Source: Candidatus Omnitrophota bacterium (GTDB taxonomy: Bacteria; Omnitrophota; Gorgyraeia; Zapsychrales; Fredricksoniimonadaceae). Taken from it: DNA of 64,000 nucleotides. The notes below the pieces were generated by a model. That model had not been told where the DNA came from, searched no databases, and saw only the letters and a program-made list of their open reading frames with translations. The position numbers and the translations under genes were made by a program. Where the stretch lies: assembly GCA_002753465.1 (NCBI GenBank), contig PEAF01000002.1:10942-74941 (forward strand), in the 5' to 3' direction. Of the stretch, positions 1-11,155 are shown piece by piece (the stretch's first letter is position 1; each line of letters begins with the position of its first letter).

Positions 1-39
1 CTGAGGAAACGATAGCGTTCCCTCTACCCAGGATATAAC

Positions 40-1002
40 ATGGATCTTTCTTTCCTTAACGAGATCAATATCAAGATCAACATCAACGCTTCCTTAAAGC
101 AATTCACTACGTTCAAACTTGGCGGCTTTTGCCCCGCATTGATCGAATGCCCTGACGCTGCCGTGCTACGAAGAGTTGTAATCCTATTACGTGAACGGAA
201 TATCCCCTTCATACTCATGGGATTTGGATCCAATATTCTAGCCTCAGACTACGGCATCAATAAGATCATGCTTCGCTTCAACAATGAAACTCCCTTAGTA
301 ACTCGTGAAGGTAATACTATTAACGTTGATGCGGCCACCCATTTAGACGCTCTGACTCAGTACGCAACAGAACAAGGCCTTGAGGGTTTGTCTCAGATTT
401 GCGGCATCCCGGGAACGGTCGGCGGGGCCATTGCCGGCAATGCCGGCGCTTATGGGCAGCAGGTCTCTGACCATTTAACCTCTGTCACGGTCCTTAAACC
501 TGACAACTCTGTTGTCAAGCTTCCAAGATCTGCCATTCGCTTTGACTACCGTGACTCTGATTTAAAACATAACGGCGACATCATTCTTTCTGCTGAGTTC
601 ACATTAAACCATATTAACGACACAACCAGCCTTAAAGCGGCACGTGAAGAAGTTCTTCGGACACGTCCGTGCAATATCAACTTATGGAGAGACATTCCCT
701 GTGCAGGATCTTTCTTCCGTAACGTAGACCCCACCTCCAAGGCCGGTCAACGACAATCGGCGGGATGGTTCCTGGATAATGCCGGATGTAAAGATCTTAA
801 TCTTAACGGGGCGCATGCGTACACAAAACATGCCAACATCATCACGCGTGATGACGGTGCAACAGCCCAGGCTGTTTACGATCTGACGATCAAAATGATT
901 GACATGGTCAAAGATAAATACGGGATAGTGCTGATACGTGAAGTAAGGCTGCTGGGGAAATTCAATAACGCTGCCGGATGTAACGCTGAAAACTACTGGT
1001 GA
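40..1002 (+). CDS. murB: UDP-N-acetylenolpyruvoylglucosamine reductase
   Basis: TTFKLGG, GFGSNIL, GIPGTVGGAIAGNAGAYG, AGSFFRN and KHANII motifs of MurB. Confidence 0.95.
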   Translation: MDLSFLNEINIKININASLKQFTTFKLGGFCPALIECPDAAVLRRVVILLRERNIPFILMGFGSNILASDYGINKIMLRFNNETPLVTREGNTINVDAATHLDALTQYATEQGLEGLSQICGIPGTVGGAIAGNAGAYGQQVSDHLTSVTVLKPDNSVVKLPRSAIRFDYRDSDLKHNGDIILSAEFTLNHINDTTSLKAAREEVLRTRPCNINLWRDIPCAGSFFRNVDPTSKAGQRQSAGWFLDNAGCKDLNLNGAHAYTKHANIITRDDGATAQAVYDLTIKMIDMVKDKYGIVLIREVRLLGKFNNAAGCNAENYW

Positions 1003-1458
1003 TCATTCCGTTGATACAGACTTCTCTTTATCCAAAGCCCCCTTCATGGTGTGCCAGGCGAGAATAGCGCATTTAACCCGACTTGGGTACTTCCAGATCC
1101 CTGAGAATACGGCAAGCTTTCCCAGAAGCTGCTGCGGCTGAGCTGCATCAGTTTCTTTCATCACAAGTTTTCTAAACTCTTCGAAAAGAAGCTTAGCCTC
1201 ATCAACCGTCTTTCCTTTAACGGCAGCCGTCATCATCGACGCTGAAGCTTTGGAAATAGCGCAACCATCGCCATAAAAAGACACCTCATTCACAACCCCT
1301 TCAGGCGTGATACGCAAATAAACGCTCAAATGATCGCCGCACAAAGGATTGTATCCTTCGGCTTCATGGGTGCACGGGCAAAGCTTAACAAAGTTCCGGG
1401 GATGCTTATTGTGCTCCAGAATAACTTGTTGGTAAAGTTCATCAGTATGTTCTGTCAT
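1003..1458 (-). CDS. sufU: SUF system NifU/SufU-family Fe-S assembly protein
   Basis: LYQQVILEH, NPLCGD, GCAISKASAS and RVKCA motifs; follows sufS. Confidence 0.93.
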   Translation of the reverse strand: MTEHTDELYQQVILEHNKHPRNFVKLCPCTHEAEGYNPLCGDHLSVYLRITPEGVVNEVSFYGDGCAISKASASMMTAAVKGKTVDEAKLLFEEFRKLVMKETDAAQPQQLLGKLAVFSGIWKYPSRVKCAILAWHTMKGALDKEKSVSTE

Positions 1459-2678
1459 TTAAAAACCTCAATGATCTTGTGAAGCGCTTTCACAAAAATA
1501 TCCAATTCATCTTTGGTGTTATAAAAAGCCAACGACGCGCGTGCCGTAGCCGGAATATTGAAATGCTTCATTACAGGCTGTGTACAGTGATGTCCTGTGC
1601 GTATCGCCACCCCTTCCCGGTCGATGAGCGTTCCTATATCATGAGGGTGAATATCCTGAAGGATAAATGAAAAGATCGGGGCTTTATGCTTCGCTGTACC
1701 GATCATCCTTAACCCAGGAACAGTCTCAAGAAGCTTATGCCCATAGGCCAATAATTCATTCTTATAGGCAGACACACCCTCCCAGCCAACAGCTTTAACG
1801 TAGGAGATCGCATCGCCAAGAGCAATAACTCCGGCGATATTAGGCGTCCCCGCTTCAAACTTAAATGGCAACCGGTTAAAGATCGTTTTATCGAACGATA
1901 CGCTTAAGATCATATCGCCGCCACCCTGATAAGGTGGCATCGTCTCCAGTAACGCCTGTTTGCCGTACAGAACACCAACCCCCGTTGGACCATACAGCTT
2001 ATGGCCTGAGAACGCCAGAAAATCACAATCCCAATCCTGGACATCGATAGGTTCATGGGAAACACCCTGGGCTGCATCAACAAGAACAACCGCACCGGCG
2101 GCATGTGCCAAAGCAATAATTTCCTTAACCGGATTCACCGTACCCATTGAATTCGACACATGAACAATCGAAACCAGCCTTGTTCGGGATGTAAGCAGCT
2201 TGCGGTACTCATCCATCAAAAGTTCGCCCTGATCATTGAATGGTATAACTTTAATGACACATCCGGTCTCTTCACGCAACATCTGCCATGGGACAATATT
2301 CGAATGATGTTCCATTTCAGAGATGATCACTTCATCACCTGACTTAATGAACTTGCGGCCGTAACTATGCGCCACAAGGTTGATCGATTCGGTAGCACCT
2401 TTTGTAAAGATAATTTCAAAATTATCCCTGGCATTCAAAAAGCTCCGCACCTTTTCACGGCTGGACTCGTAGGCCGCCGTCGCTTCTTCACTAAGATAAT
2501 GCACCCCACGGTGAATATTAGCCGTGCGATGGCAATAATGCGCATGCGTGGATGAAATGACCTGACAGGGTTTAAATGTCGTGGCCGCATTATCAAAATA
2601 GATGAGCGGCTTTTCATCACGCCCACGGGTAGACAAATTAGGGAAATCTTTGCGGATCTTTTCAACGTCAAATGTCAT
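1455..2678 (-). CDS. sufS: SufS cysteine desulfurase
   Basis: YFDNAATT, SGHKLYGPTG, FEAGTP and RTGHHC motifs. Confidence 0.96.
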   Translation of the reverse strand: MTFDVEKIRKDFPNLSTRGRDEKPLIYFDNAATTFKPCQVISSTHAHYCHRTANIHRGVHYLSEEATAAYESSREKVRSFLNARDNFEIIFTKGATESINLVAHSYGRKFIKSGDEVIISEMEHHSNIVPWQMLREETGCVIKVIPFNDQGELLMDEYRKLLTSRTRLVSIVHVSNSMGTVNPVKEIIALAHAAGAVVLVDAAQGVSHEPIDVQDWDCDFLAFSGHKLYGPTGVGVLYGKQALLETMPPYQGGGDMILSVSFDKTIFNRLPFKFEAGTPNIAGVIALGDAISYVKAVGWEGVSAYKNELLAYGHKLLETVPGLRMIGTAKHKAPIFSFILQDIHPHDIGTLIDREGVAIRTGHHCTQPVMKHFNIPATARASLAFYNTKDELDIFVKALHKIIEVFK

Positions 2679-3466
2679 AACATACCTCCAGCCTCAGCAC
2701 GCAACAGAGGATCATTGATCTTCAATAAAACGTCTTTTACAAATCCTTTGACCAGCATGCGCGCCGCCTCTTCACGGCCAATACCGCGTGTTTGGAAATA
2801 AAATAGTTGATCATCATCTAACTGGCCAATGGCTGCACCATGAGAACACTTTACATCGTCAGCAAAGATCTCCAGTTGAGGCTTAGTATCAACACGCCCT
2901 TCAGGACTTAAGATCAAATTCTTGTTCAATTGGTACGCATTAGTTAACTGAGCTTCACGCCGGACCATGATCTTCCCATGAAAGAATGAATGACCCCGGT
3001 CACGGACAACACTTTTATAAAGCTGGTCACTTTTTGTAGATGGGGCAACATGGTCTATTAAGGTAAGGCTGTGCGCCTCACAGGCATTCGACAGATCATG
3101 CAAACCATTCAATGAAACCTCAGCGCCTTCTCCCGCAAGAACAACACTTACATTATCTTTAAAAGAAATCGAACCTTTGGTCACCATAAATGCTGTCAGC
3201 GAGCTGTCTTTTGCCTGATGCACACTTAAAGATACTTCACGCTCAAGCGTTTGATCCAAAAGAAACGGCCGTAAAAGCTCAAGACGCGCCCCTTCTTCAA
3301 GGATCACCTCAAGGAACGAAGCTGACGAAATAATAACAGCGCTTACCCCGGGCTTAACACGGATCAAAGACTTACCATCAGCGTCGGTAATACGGATAAT
3401 CTCCGCACCCTTCCTGGATGAATCTATCTGCCAACAACGTTGAGGAACTGATGAACCTTCTGTCAT
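2675..3466 (-). CDS. sufD: Fe-S cluster assembly protein SufD (short form)
   Basis: KPQLEIFADDVKCSHGA and FYFQTRGI motifs; operon position. Confidence 0.9.
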   Translation of the reverse strand: MTEGSSVPQRCWQIDSSRKGAEIIRITDADGKSLIRVKPGVSAVIISSASFLEVILEEGARLELLRPFLLDQTLEREVSLSVHQAKDSSLTAFMVTKGSISFKDNVSVVLAGEGAEVSLNGLHDLSNACEAHSLTLIDHVAPSTKSDQLYKSVVRDRGHSFFHGKIMVRREAQLTNAYQLNKNLILSPEGRVDTKPQLEIFADDVKCSHGAAIGQLDDDQLFYFQTRGIGREEAARMLVKGFVKDVLLKINDPLLRAEAGGML

Positions 3467-3477
3467 TTTTATTCCGT

Positions 3478-4239
3478 TCAGGATTTGATCAACCAGTCAT
3501 ACCCTTGATCTTCAACCTTCAGCGCCAATTCAGGCCCACCGGTCTTAATGATCCGCCCTTGATAAAGCACGTGCACAATGTCCGGCTTAATGTAATTAAG
3601 AAGGCGCTGATAGTGCGTAATAACGATCATGGCATTACGTTTACTGCGCAGCAAATTAACGCCATGCGCAACGATCTTCATGGAATCAACATCAAGGCCG
3701 GAGTCAGTTTCATCTAAAACCGCCAAACGCGGGTTCAATACGGCCATTTGAAGGATCTCATTACGTTTCTTCTCCCCACCGGAGAAATCCACGTTAACAG
3801 CACGGTCAATATACTTGTCGTCCATTTCAAGGACCTTCATTTTTTCTCGGATAAAACCGTCAAAATCGATAGGGTCCATCTGTTCTAGGCCATGATGCCG
3901 ACAAACCGAATTATATGACGCTCTCAGAAATTCTGATGTTGGCACGCCAGGCAACTCAACTGGATACTGAAACGCCAGAAAAATACCCTCTCGCGCACGC
4001 TGATCAGGTTCCATGCCAAGGATATTGACCATTTGACCATTGATCTCGAAATCCACAAGGCCGCTATCGGCCACATACTGCGGATGCCCGGTAATAACCT
4101 TGGATAGCGTGCTTTTGCCGGAACCATTCGGCCCCATAATGGCATGGACTTGACCCGCCTTAACCGAAAGGTTCAATCCTTTAAGGATTTGATTGCCTTC
4201 AACGCTCGCGTATAAATCTTTGATATTCAACATAATCAT
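3478..4239 (-). CDS. sufC: Fe-S cluster assembly ATPase SufC
   Basis: [19 protein letters not shown] and LDETDSGLD motifs. Confidence 0.96.
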   Translation of the reverse strand: MIMLNIKDLYASVEGNQILKGLNLSVKAGQVHAIMGPNGSGKSTLSKVITGHPQYVADSGLVDFEINGQMVNILGMEPDQRAREGIFLAFQYPVELPGVPTSEFLRASYNSVCRHHGLEQMDPIDFDGFIREKMKVLEMDDKYIDRAVNVDFSGGEKKRNEILQMAVLNPRLAVLDETDSGLDVDSMKIVAHGVNLLRSKRNAMIVITHYQRLLNYIKPDIVHVLYQGRIIKTGGPELALKVEDQGYDWLIKS

Positions 4240-5651
4240 CCCACGCTGTTTTCTAGTTTCATTTCTAAAAGCCTTACCGCCTCGACTGCAAACTCTAAAG
4301 GGAGGGTCTTAAACACTTCCTTGCAAAAGCCATTAATGACCAGTGAGATAGCCTCTTCCTTATTTAAACCACGTGACTGCAAATAAAACACCTGCTCGGC
4401 ACTGATCTTTGACGTAGTCGCTTCATGCTCAAGCACCGCCGTGCTGTTCTTGATCTGGATATCAGGAAAAGTATTGGCGCTACAATTATTCCCCACCAAC
4501 ATGGAGTCGCACTGGGAAAAATTGCGCGCGTGGTCAGCTCCAGGTGAGATCTTGACCATCCCGCGGTAACTGTTATGCGAATAATCCGAAGAAATACCTT
4601 TTGAAATAATGGTGCTGCGTGTATGTTTGCCAATATGGATCATTTTAGTGCCTGTATCAGCATTCATCTTGTTGTTAGTTAAAGCAACTGAATAAAACTC
4701 CCCAACAGAATGATCACCTCTGAGGATACAGCTGGGATACTTCCAGGTAATAGCACTTCCTGCCTCAACCTGCGTCCAGGATATCTTGGAATGATGCCCT
4801 GCGCATAAGCCGCGCTTGGTCACAAAATTATAGATCCCGCCGCGCCCGTCCTTGTCACCCGCGTACCAATTCTGTACCGTCGAATACTTGATCTCGGCAT
4901 TATCAAGCGCTATCAGCTCAACGACAGCCGCATGCAATTGATTTTCATCACGTACCGGAGCGGTACAGCCTTCCAGATAACTTACATAAGAACCCGTGTC
5001 AGCGATAATAAGCGTCCGCTCGAACTGTCCGGTCTCTTTAGCGTTGATCCGGAAATAAGTCGACAATTCGACAGGACAGCGCACGCCAGGTGGAATATAA
5101 CAAAAAGAACCATCCGTAAAAACAGCTGAATTAAGCGCCGCAAAGAAATTATCTGTAGCCGGCACAACACTTCCCATATATTTCTTAACCAGCTCAGGAT
5201 GTTTTGCCAGTGCTTCTGATATGGGGCAAAAAATGATGCCGAGCTCCTCAAGCTCTTTTTGATGCGTGGTGCCCACAGAAACGCTATCGAACACAGCATC
5301 AACAGCAACCCCGGTCAGGCGCTTTTGCTCACTCAAGGGAATGCCTAATTTTTCAAATGTCTTAACAACCTCATGGTCCACTTCCTCAAGGCTCTTGGGT
5401 CCGTCAGTCTTCTTTTTAGGCGCAGCATAATAACGGATATCCTGATAGTCAATGGGTTCGTAATGAAAATTCGCCCAATGTGGCTCTTTCATCGTCAACC
5501 AATGACGATAAGCCTTAAGCCGCCAATCTAGCATAAAAGATGGTTCTGACTTCTTGTGTGAAATAACAGCAACGACCTCCTCATTCAATCCTTTGGGGAG
5601 CGTATCCATTTCAACTTCAGTCACAAAACCGTATTTATATTCCTGTTCCAT
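4236..5651 (-). CDS. sufB: Fe-S cluster assembly protein SufB
   Basis: [21 protein letters not shown] and ITWKYPS motifs. Confidence 0.97.
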   Translation of the reverse strand: MEQEYKYGFVTEVEMDTLPKGLNEEVVAVISHKKSEPSFMLDWRLKAYRHWLTMKEPHWANFHYEPIDYQDIRYYAAPKKKTDGPKSLEEVDHEVVKTFEKLGIPLSEQKRLTGVAVDAVFDSVSVGTTHQKELEELGIIFCPISEALAKHPELVKKYMGSVVPATDNFFAALNSAVFTDGSFCYIPPGVRCPVELSTYFRINAKETGQFERTLIIADTGSYVSYLEGCTAPVRDENQLHAAVVELIALDNAEIKYSTVQNWYAGDKDGRGGIYNFVTKRGLCAGHHSKISWTQVEAGSAITWKYPSCILRGDHSVGEFYSVALTNNKMNADTGTKMIHIGKHTRSTIISKGISSDYSHNSYRGMVKISPGADHARNFSQCDSMLVGNNCSANTFPDIQIKNSTAVLEHEATTSKISAEQVFYLQSRGLNKEEAISLVINGFCKEVFKTLPLEFAVEAVRLLEMKLENSVG

Positions 5652-5652
5652 A

Positions 5653-6054
5653 TCAACCGATCATTTCGCTGACCATAACATCGTTAAAAGCCTTAATGAC
5701 CTTGAGATTTAGTTTCGTCATAGCACCTTTTAAAACACAGTGTTCTGCCCTCTCACAGGAAACCTCATCCCCGACACAATCCGTAACAGCAAGCCCACCG
5801 ACAACCATCTGGCTTAAAGCGTAAACACTAAGGCGGTCAAGATCACCTTTTAAGCCATACCCGCCATGAACCCCCTGTTCGACCTTAAGAACGCCCTGCT
5901 GTGCCATTAACTGCAGGACTCTTGACGTTGGATCGAAAGGGATACTGAACTTAGTGCATATCTCTTTTGCCGTTACCTTATACTCAGGTTTCTGAGCGGA
6001 AATATGCTTTAACGCGATCAGCGCGTATTTAACTTTCTTATGGATCTTGAACAT
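5653..6054 (-). CDS. Rrf2-family transcriptional regulator
   Basis: Start trimmed to [12 protein letters not shown]; GVHGGYGL winged helix and a Cys cluster; directly upstream of sufB. Confidence 0.88.
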   Translation of the reverse strand: MFKIHKKVKYALIALKHISAQKPEYKVTAKEICTKFSIPFDPTSRVLQLMAQQGVLKVEQGVHGGYGLKGDLDRLSVYALSQMVVGGLAVTDCVGDEVSCERAEHCVLKGAMTKLNLKVIKAFNDVMVSEMIG

Positions 6055-6055
6055 A

Positions 6056-6607
6056 CTAACCCAATTGCACCTGAATCCCGGGCCTGTATTGATCTTGCAG
6101 AATATTCTGGATCGCATACAACGTTCCCATGGCCGCATGCGGGCAGCAACCACAAGCACCTTGATAGCTAATCGTTAATACATCGCCTTCCAATGAGATC
6201 ACCTCAAGGTCACCGCCATCGCGCTGCAGGGCCGGACGGATAGTAGAATCTAAAATGGCATTTATCTTCGCAAGTTCGCCCGTTAGAGGAATAGTTCCCC
6301 CAACCTTATCAGCAGAAAGATCAAAATCGGGATTATGGTCTGCAATATGCATCTGTATAGCTGTTTTAATGAGGCCCTCAAGTTCATCCCAATTGCCAAT
6401 CCCCGACTGAGTTACGGTCAAGAACCTGCCAGAGAAATAAACCTCGCTCACCTGAGGGACATTAAGTATGGCGGCAGCCAAAGGAACACCTTTAGCAGCA
6501 TCTATTGTTTTAAAAACAGCACTGTCTGTTGATTTCAGAGGTACATTAAGTACAAACTTAAGCGCATTAGGGTTAGGCGTAGGCTGAACCGCAATTGAAT
6601 AATCCAT
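6056..6607 (-). CDS. Nfu/NifU-family Fe-S carrier (Nfu_N plus NifU C-terminal domain)
   Basis: TPNPNALKF, IRPALQRDGGD and GACGCCP motifs; start at MDYSIA after an AGGAG RBS. Confidence 0.9.
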   Translation of the reverse strand: MDYSIAVQPTPNPNALKFVLNVPLKSTDSAVFKTIDAAKGVPLAAAILNVPQVSEVYFSGRFLTVTQSGIGNWDELEGLIKTAIQMHIADHNPDFDLSADKVGGTIPLTGELAKINAILDSTIRPALQRDGGDLEVISLEGDVLTISYQGACGCCPHAAMGTLYAIQNILQDQYRPGIQVQLG

Positions 6608-6712
6608 TCTCATCTCCTTTTTTAGTACATAAATAATAGCGTCAAATTGGAAATCGGTCAAATAATAACTTATATCTTAAATTTAGTCGAATGGCTCCAG
6701 GAAAACTTTCAA

Positions 6713-7930
6713 TCATCCCAGAATATATTTTTCGCAGACGAAATCAGCGAAGGGAAAGGCGCAGGTGAAAGCCGGTGAAACGGCATTAAGTACATGGACA
6801 GTAGAACGGTCGCCCTCAACTACAAAATCCTGTACTAAATGACGCGTGGTTTTGTCCAAAAGTTGGGCACGGATACCCGGACGTGTAAATTCACCGAAAC
6901 CTTCAGGGTCGATGGAAGGGATCATCCTGACGGCCAGATCAATAAAATAACGACGATTGTATTTTCTAATTTCATCAAAAGCCAGATCCCTGAAGCCGAA
7001 AGAATTCGACAAGAATAATCCGGCCTGATGGCTTACGATCTCAGCCATTTCACGCAGATCAAAACGATGGCCGATCGAATAATTCTCCCTCCAGAAAGCA
7101 GGAATAGCAGTAGGCCCTATCTTTATCGTACCATCAACTGTTTTTGTAAAGTGTACACCCAGGAAAGGATTCTTAAGATTAGGCACTGGGTAAACATTGA
7201 TTTTCACATCAGTTTTATTTTTCTTATACTTAAGGTATAACCCCTTAAAAGGGATCATGGTGTATTTCATGCCAAAACCACACGCTTGAGCAACTTGGTC
7301 TGCATAAAGACCGGCACAGTTGATTATCTTGCGTGCTTCAAAATCGCCGGCGCTTGTCTTGACCACCTGGCCATTACGGCCCAGGAACTTGGCCTCAAAC
7401 ACAAACTCAACCTGCACATTCATCAGATCATCCTTAAGAGCGACCAGTACATCCAAAGGGTCGAGACTTGCCGTATCAGGCGAAAAAAGCGCCTTCTTGT
7501 ACGTAAACACACCAGGTTCATATACCTTTGCTTCTTCTCTATCGATCAATCTCACGTGAGACCCGTTACGCTTCCCCCGCCGCTCCAACTCGTGCAACAT
7601 GGCCAATTCACCCTCATCCATGGCAACGACCAGTTTGCCACAAGCATTCACGGGTATATTCTTTAAGGCACAGTAATCCTTTAATGCCCCGGCACCCTGT
7701 ACAGTGAATCTCGCCTTTAAACTATCAGCGCTGTAATAAAAACCAGCATGCAGAATACCGCTGTTTCTGCCAGATGAATGGGCTCCAACATCCTCCTCTT
7801 TATCAAGGACCAAGATCAACGCACCAGGTTTCACAGTCCGCAAACTACGTGCAATACTGAGACCGATAACGCCCGCACCAATGATCACATAATCATAAAT
7901 CTTATTGGACATATATTGATTCCATGACAA
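6713..7930 (-). CDS. lhgO: L-2-hydroxyglutarate oxidase-family FAD oxidoreductase
   Basis: IGAGVIG, SGRNSGILHAG, PFLGVHFT and GIRAQL motifs. Confidence 0.88.
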   Translation of the reverse strand: MSWNQYMSNKIYDYVIIGAGVIGLSIARSLRTVKPGALILVLDKEEDVGAHSSGRNSGILHAGFYYSADSLKARFTVQGAGALKDYCALKNIPVNACGKLVVAMDEGELAMLHELERRGKRNGSHVRLIDREEAKVYEPGVFTYKKALFSPDTASLDPLDVLVALKDDLMNVQVEFVFEAKFLGRNGQVVKTSAGDFEARKIINCAGLYADQVAQACGFGMKYTMIPFKGLYLKYKKNKTDVKINVYPVPNLKNPFLGVHFTKTVDGTIKIGPTAIPAFWRENYSIGHRFDLREMAEIVSHQAGLFLSNSFGFRDLAFDEIRKYNRRYFIDLAVRMIPSIDPEGFGEFTRPGIRAQLLDKTTRHLVQDFVVEGDRSTVHVLNAVSPAFTCAFPFADFVCEKYILG

Positions 7931-7968
7931 GAAAAGGTATAATATTAAAAAATAAAGGAGTTATTCCT

Positions 7969-8310
7969 ATGAAAAAACTAACGATAAGTTTCCTGATCCT
8001 TGCCGCCGTAACAGCCATTTATTCAACCATTTCTACGACACAACTTGCTGCTGAAACTACAAACTTTTCTACAGTTTCTGCTTTTTCATTCAGCACGGGG
8101 CGCGTTGGGTTCTTTGACCGTAGTAATGGAAAATTGTATATATACGAAGGTGATCTTAAAACCTGTGTTTTCAGCGGACAAATAACAGAACTCGGCAAAC
8201 CACTGGAGCCGTTGTTAGCCTCTAACGCAACCACAAAACACACCGCAAAGTCCAACGCAACAACCACGATCAATGAAAAAGGCGAAAAAACCGTTACGCT
8301 TAAGAACTGA
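7969..8310 (+). CDS. Hypothetical secreted protein
   Basis: MKK-type signal peptide after an AAGGAG RBS. Confidence 0.7.
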   Translation: MKKLTISFLILAAVTAIYSTISTTQLAAETTNFSTVSAFSFSTGRVGFFDRSNGKLYIYEGDLKTCVFSGQITELGKPLEPLLASNATTKHTAKSNATTTINEKGEKTVTLKN

Positions 8311-8324
8311 TAGACAGCGGGCAA

Positions 8325-8909
8325 TCAAGCGTGATGTAATACAAAAAGACCTGAATCAGCGAATAGATCCGGTAGAACACTCACCTTTTTGCCGGCTGCT
8401 AAATAGCATGCCTTCTCGATAGAAATATTCTTCTCAGAACAAAACTCCCTGAAATCATCGAGACTCAAGAAACGAAGGTTAGGTGTGTTGTACCACTTAT
8501 AAGGCAAACTTTTCGTAACAGGCACTTTCCCCAGGAAAAAGATCTGGAGCCGCGCCCTAAAATGGCAGAAGTTAGGTATGCCTACGACAACCTTCTTACC
8601 GACACGCAAAGCGGCATTTAAAACCTTCTCGATATTTACAACCTGTTGAAGGCTTTCATTGAGGATCACGTAATCAAAACGCTTGTCCTCGTAAACATCA
8701 AGGTCTGAATCAATATTACCCTGAGCGACAGATACCCCGCGTTCAATGCATTTAAAAATCTGTTCCGCAGCTATCTCAATACCTGTAGCACGGCAGTTCT
8801 TTTTCATTTTAAGAAGAGAAAGAAGCTCGCCATCACCGCAACCCAGGTCGAGGACCTTGGCTCCAGGTTCAATGATATCGGCAATGATCTCATAATCCAG
8901 ACGGATCAT
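8325..8909 (-). CDS. metW: Methionine biosynthesis protein MetW
   Basis: VLDLGCGDG and LPYKWYNTPN motifs; overlaps metX. Confidence 0.93.
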   Translation of the reverse strand: MIRLDYEIIADIIEPGAKVLDLGCGDGELLSLLKMKKNCRATGIEIAAEQIFKCIERGVSVAQGNIDSDLDVYEDKRFDYVILNESLQQVVNIEKVLNAALRVGKKVVVGIPNFCHFRARLQIFFLGKVPVTKSLPYKWYNTPNLRFLSLDDFREFCSEKNISIEKACYLAAGKKVSVLPDLFADSGLFVLHHA

Positions 8910-10024
8910 ATTCTGCTCACCCTCTCACGTACAACTTTAGTTAAATAATTAGAGATCATTCGCGTTTGATCGTCAAATTCGACAAGAAAAGCATCATGTC
9001 CGTAATCAGTCTTTATCTCTAAATAAGACACATCAACATCATTCGCCTTAAGCGCGCGCACCATGGCCTGCGACTGTGATGAAGGATAGAGCCAGTCAGA
9101 AGTAAAGCTGATGACCAAAAGGTCTGCCGTCACACCCTTGAATACTTCTGAAAGCTTCTTCCCCTCGGAAAGATCGAAATAATCCATCGCCTTGGTCAGG
9201 TAAATATAGCTGTTAGCATCAAACCGCTCAACGAAACTTTGCCCCCGGTATTGAAGGTAACTTTCAACTTCAAAGTCCTTGGAGAAATCATACCCCAGCT
9301 TTTCTTTATCCTGAAGCTTACGACCAAACTTCTGCTCCATAGAAATCCAGCTCATATAGGTAATATGACCGATCATACGCGCCACAGCCAGCCCGCGCCC
9401 CGGCAGCGCTTTACCAAAGTAATCTCCACCCTGCCAATCAGGATCTGCCATAACAGCCTGGCGTCCAACTTCATGAAAAGCGATCTGCTGGGCTGTATGC
9501 CCGTGACATGCCGCGATAACGATCGATGAATGAACCATGTCAGGATACATAACCGCCCATGTTATCGCCTGCATCCCGCCCATAGAACCCCCAGCGACGC
9601 TCAAGAGCTTCCGAATGCCCAGATGATCGATCAACTTTTTCTGAAGCGCAACCATGTCCTGAATGGTAATAAGAGGGAAATGGAGGGCAAAAGGTTTCTG
9701 TGTTTTGAGGTCGATCGAACTTGGGCCGGTTGTGCCCTTGCAGCTGCCCAAAACATTTGAACAGATCATAAAATATTTATCCGTATCAAATGCCTTACCC
9801 GGACCGATCATATCATCCCACCACCCAGGCTTAGACGCACCTTCATGATAAAAAGCAGCGTGGGCGTCTCCCGTAAAAGCATGCAGGATCAATATAGCAT
9901 TGGATTTATCAGCATTGAGTTTACCGTAAGTCTCATAGACAACAGTGACCGGCGAAAGAGCTGCGCCGCTTTTTAATAAAAGCTGATCGGTGAATGTTAT
10001 CTGTTGTGGCGTTACGTATATCAT
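8906..10024 (-). CDS. metX: Homoserine O-acetyltransferase
   Basis: HAFTGDAH, GGSMGG, RFDANSY and GHDAFL motifs. Confidence 0.95.
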   Translation of the reverse strand: MIYVTPQQITFTDQLLLKSGAALSPVTVVYETYGKLNADKSNAILILHAFTGDAHAAFYHEGASKPGWWDDMIGPGKAFDTDKYFMICSNVLGSCKGTTGPSSIDLKTQKPFALHFPLITIQDMVALQKKLIDHLGIRKLLSVAGGSMGGMQAITWAVMYPDMVHSSIVIAACHGHTAQQIAFHEVGRQAVMADPDWQGGDYFGKALPGRGLAVARMIGHITYMSWISMEQKFGRKLQDKEKLGYDFSKDFEVESYLQYRGQSFVERFDANSYIYLTKAMDYFDLSEGKKLSEVFKGVTADLLVISFTSDWLYPSSQSQAMVRALKANDVDVSYLEIKTDYGHDAFLVEFDDQTRMISNYLTKVVRERVSRI

Positions 10025-10030
10025 ATCACC

Positions 10031-11071
10031 TTACTCACAGGCGGTCTTTCTTGACGACTGAGCCTCAGCATATTCAAACATGGCTTCCAAGGACTTTAAT
10101 GCTTTAATACGAACAGCATCCTCAATAACAACCCTGTCTGAAGCCTTTGGCGCTTTCAAAACACGCAAAATATCTTCAAGGGTATTGGACTTCATATATT
10201 TGCACAAAGCACAACTTCCCACAAGTTCCTTATCAGGAAATTCTGACTGCAATCTCGCTGACAAGCCGCATTCGGTCAGCATTAGGAACTGCTTCGATCT
10301 GGTCTTACGCATATAGTCAAGCATCTGCTCGGTGCCACCGACGAAGTCAGAATTGGCTACAACATCAGCATTACACTCCGGGTGACTGACGATCTTGGCC
10401 TGAGGATATTCAAGCCTCACTTTAAGGATGGCTTCCTCATTGTATTCTTCATGAACATAGCAAGTACCCTTGAAGAACTGAATATCTTTCCTTACCCCAC
10501 GCCGGGCCATCTCATTTTTGAGATTTATCCCCATGAACTTGTCGGGCAGGAAGTAGATCTTATCCGAAGGATACTTCTCGACGATGGCATAAACATTCGC
10601 TGAGGTTACACAAACATCACACTCAGCTTTGACCTCGGCCGTTGTATTGACATAGCAAATGAACGTGTACCCGGGAAACTGTTTTCTTAAATTACGCACA
10701 TCCTCAGCCGTAATAGCATCCGCCAGTGTACAACCCGATAGCCGTGCCGGCACCAGGACTTCTTTATCCGGATTAAGTATTTTAGCCGTCTCCCCCATGA
10801 AACGAACCGCCACAAAAACGATCGTCTTAGCCTTTGTATTAACGGCGTCTTTACTTAACTTGTAGGAATCACCTATAAAATCGGCAACACCGTAAACTAT
10901 CTCGGGGGAAACATATGAATGCACCAAAATCACTGCATCTTTTTCCTTCTTCAAGCGGTTGATCTCGTTGATCAAAGGCACCAGCTCTTCACACTTTCTG
11001 AGTGAATACTGGCAAACATTCCCGCCAATACGGACATTTTTTAATTTATTATATAAATCTTCTGCTGTCAT
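10031..11071 (-). CDS. nadA: Quinolinate synthase
   Basis: VHSY, GDSYKL, YVNTT, HPEC and CKYMK motifs. Confidence 0.94.
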   Translation of the reverse strand: MTAEDLYNKLKNVRIGGNVCQYSLRKCEELVPLINEINRLKKEKDAVILVHSYVSPEIVYGVADFIGDSYKLSKDAVNTKAKTIVFVAVRFMGETAKILNPDKEVLVPARLSGCTLADAITAEDVRNLRKQFPGYTFICYVNTTAEVKAECDVCVTSANVYAIVEKYPSDKIYFLPDKFMGINLKNEMARRGVRKDIQFFKGTCYVHEEYNEEAILKVRLEYPQAKIVSHPECNADVVANSDFVGGTEQMLDYMRKTRSKQFLMLTECGLSARLQSEFPDKELVGSCALCKYMKSNTLEDILRVLKAPKASDRVVIEDAVRIKALKSLEAMFEYAEAQSSRKTACE

Positions 11072-11155
11072 AGGAGGCCCAGGAAACGAATGCTTAGTCG
11101 TATTTTCATTAAAAATATTGAGTTACTATATATTAAAACAAACGATTGTTCAAGA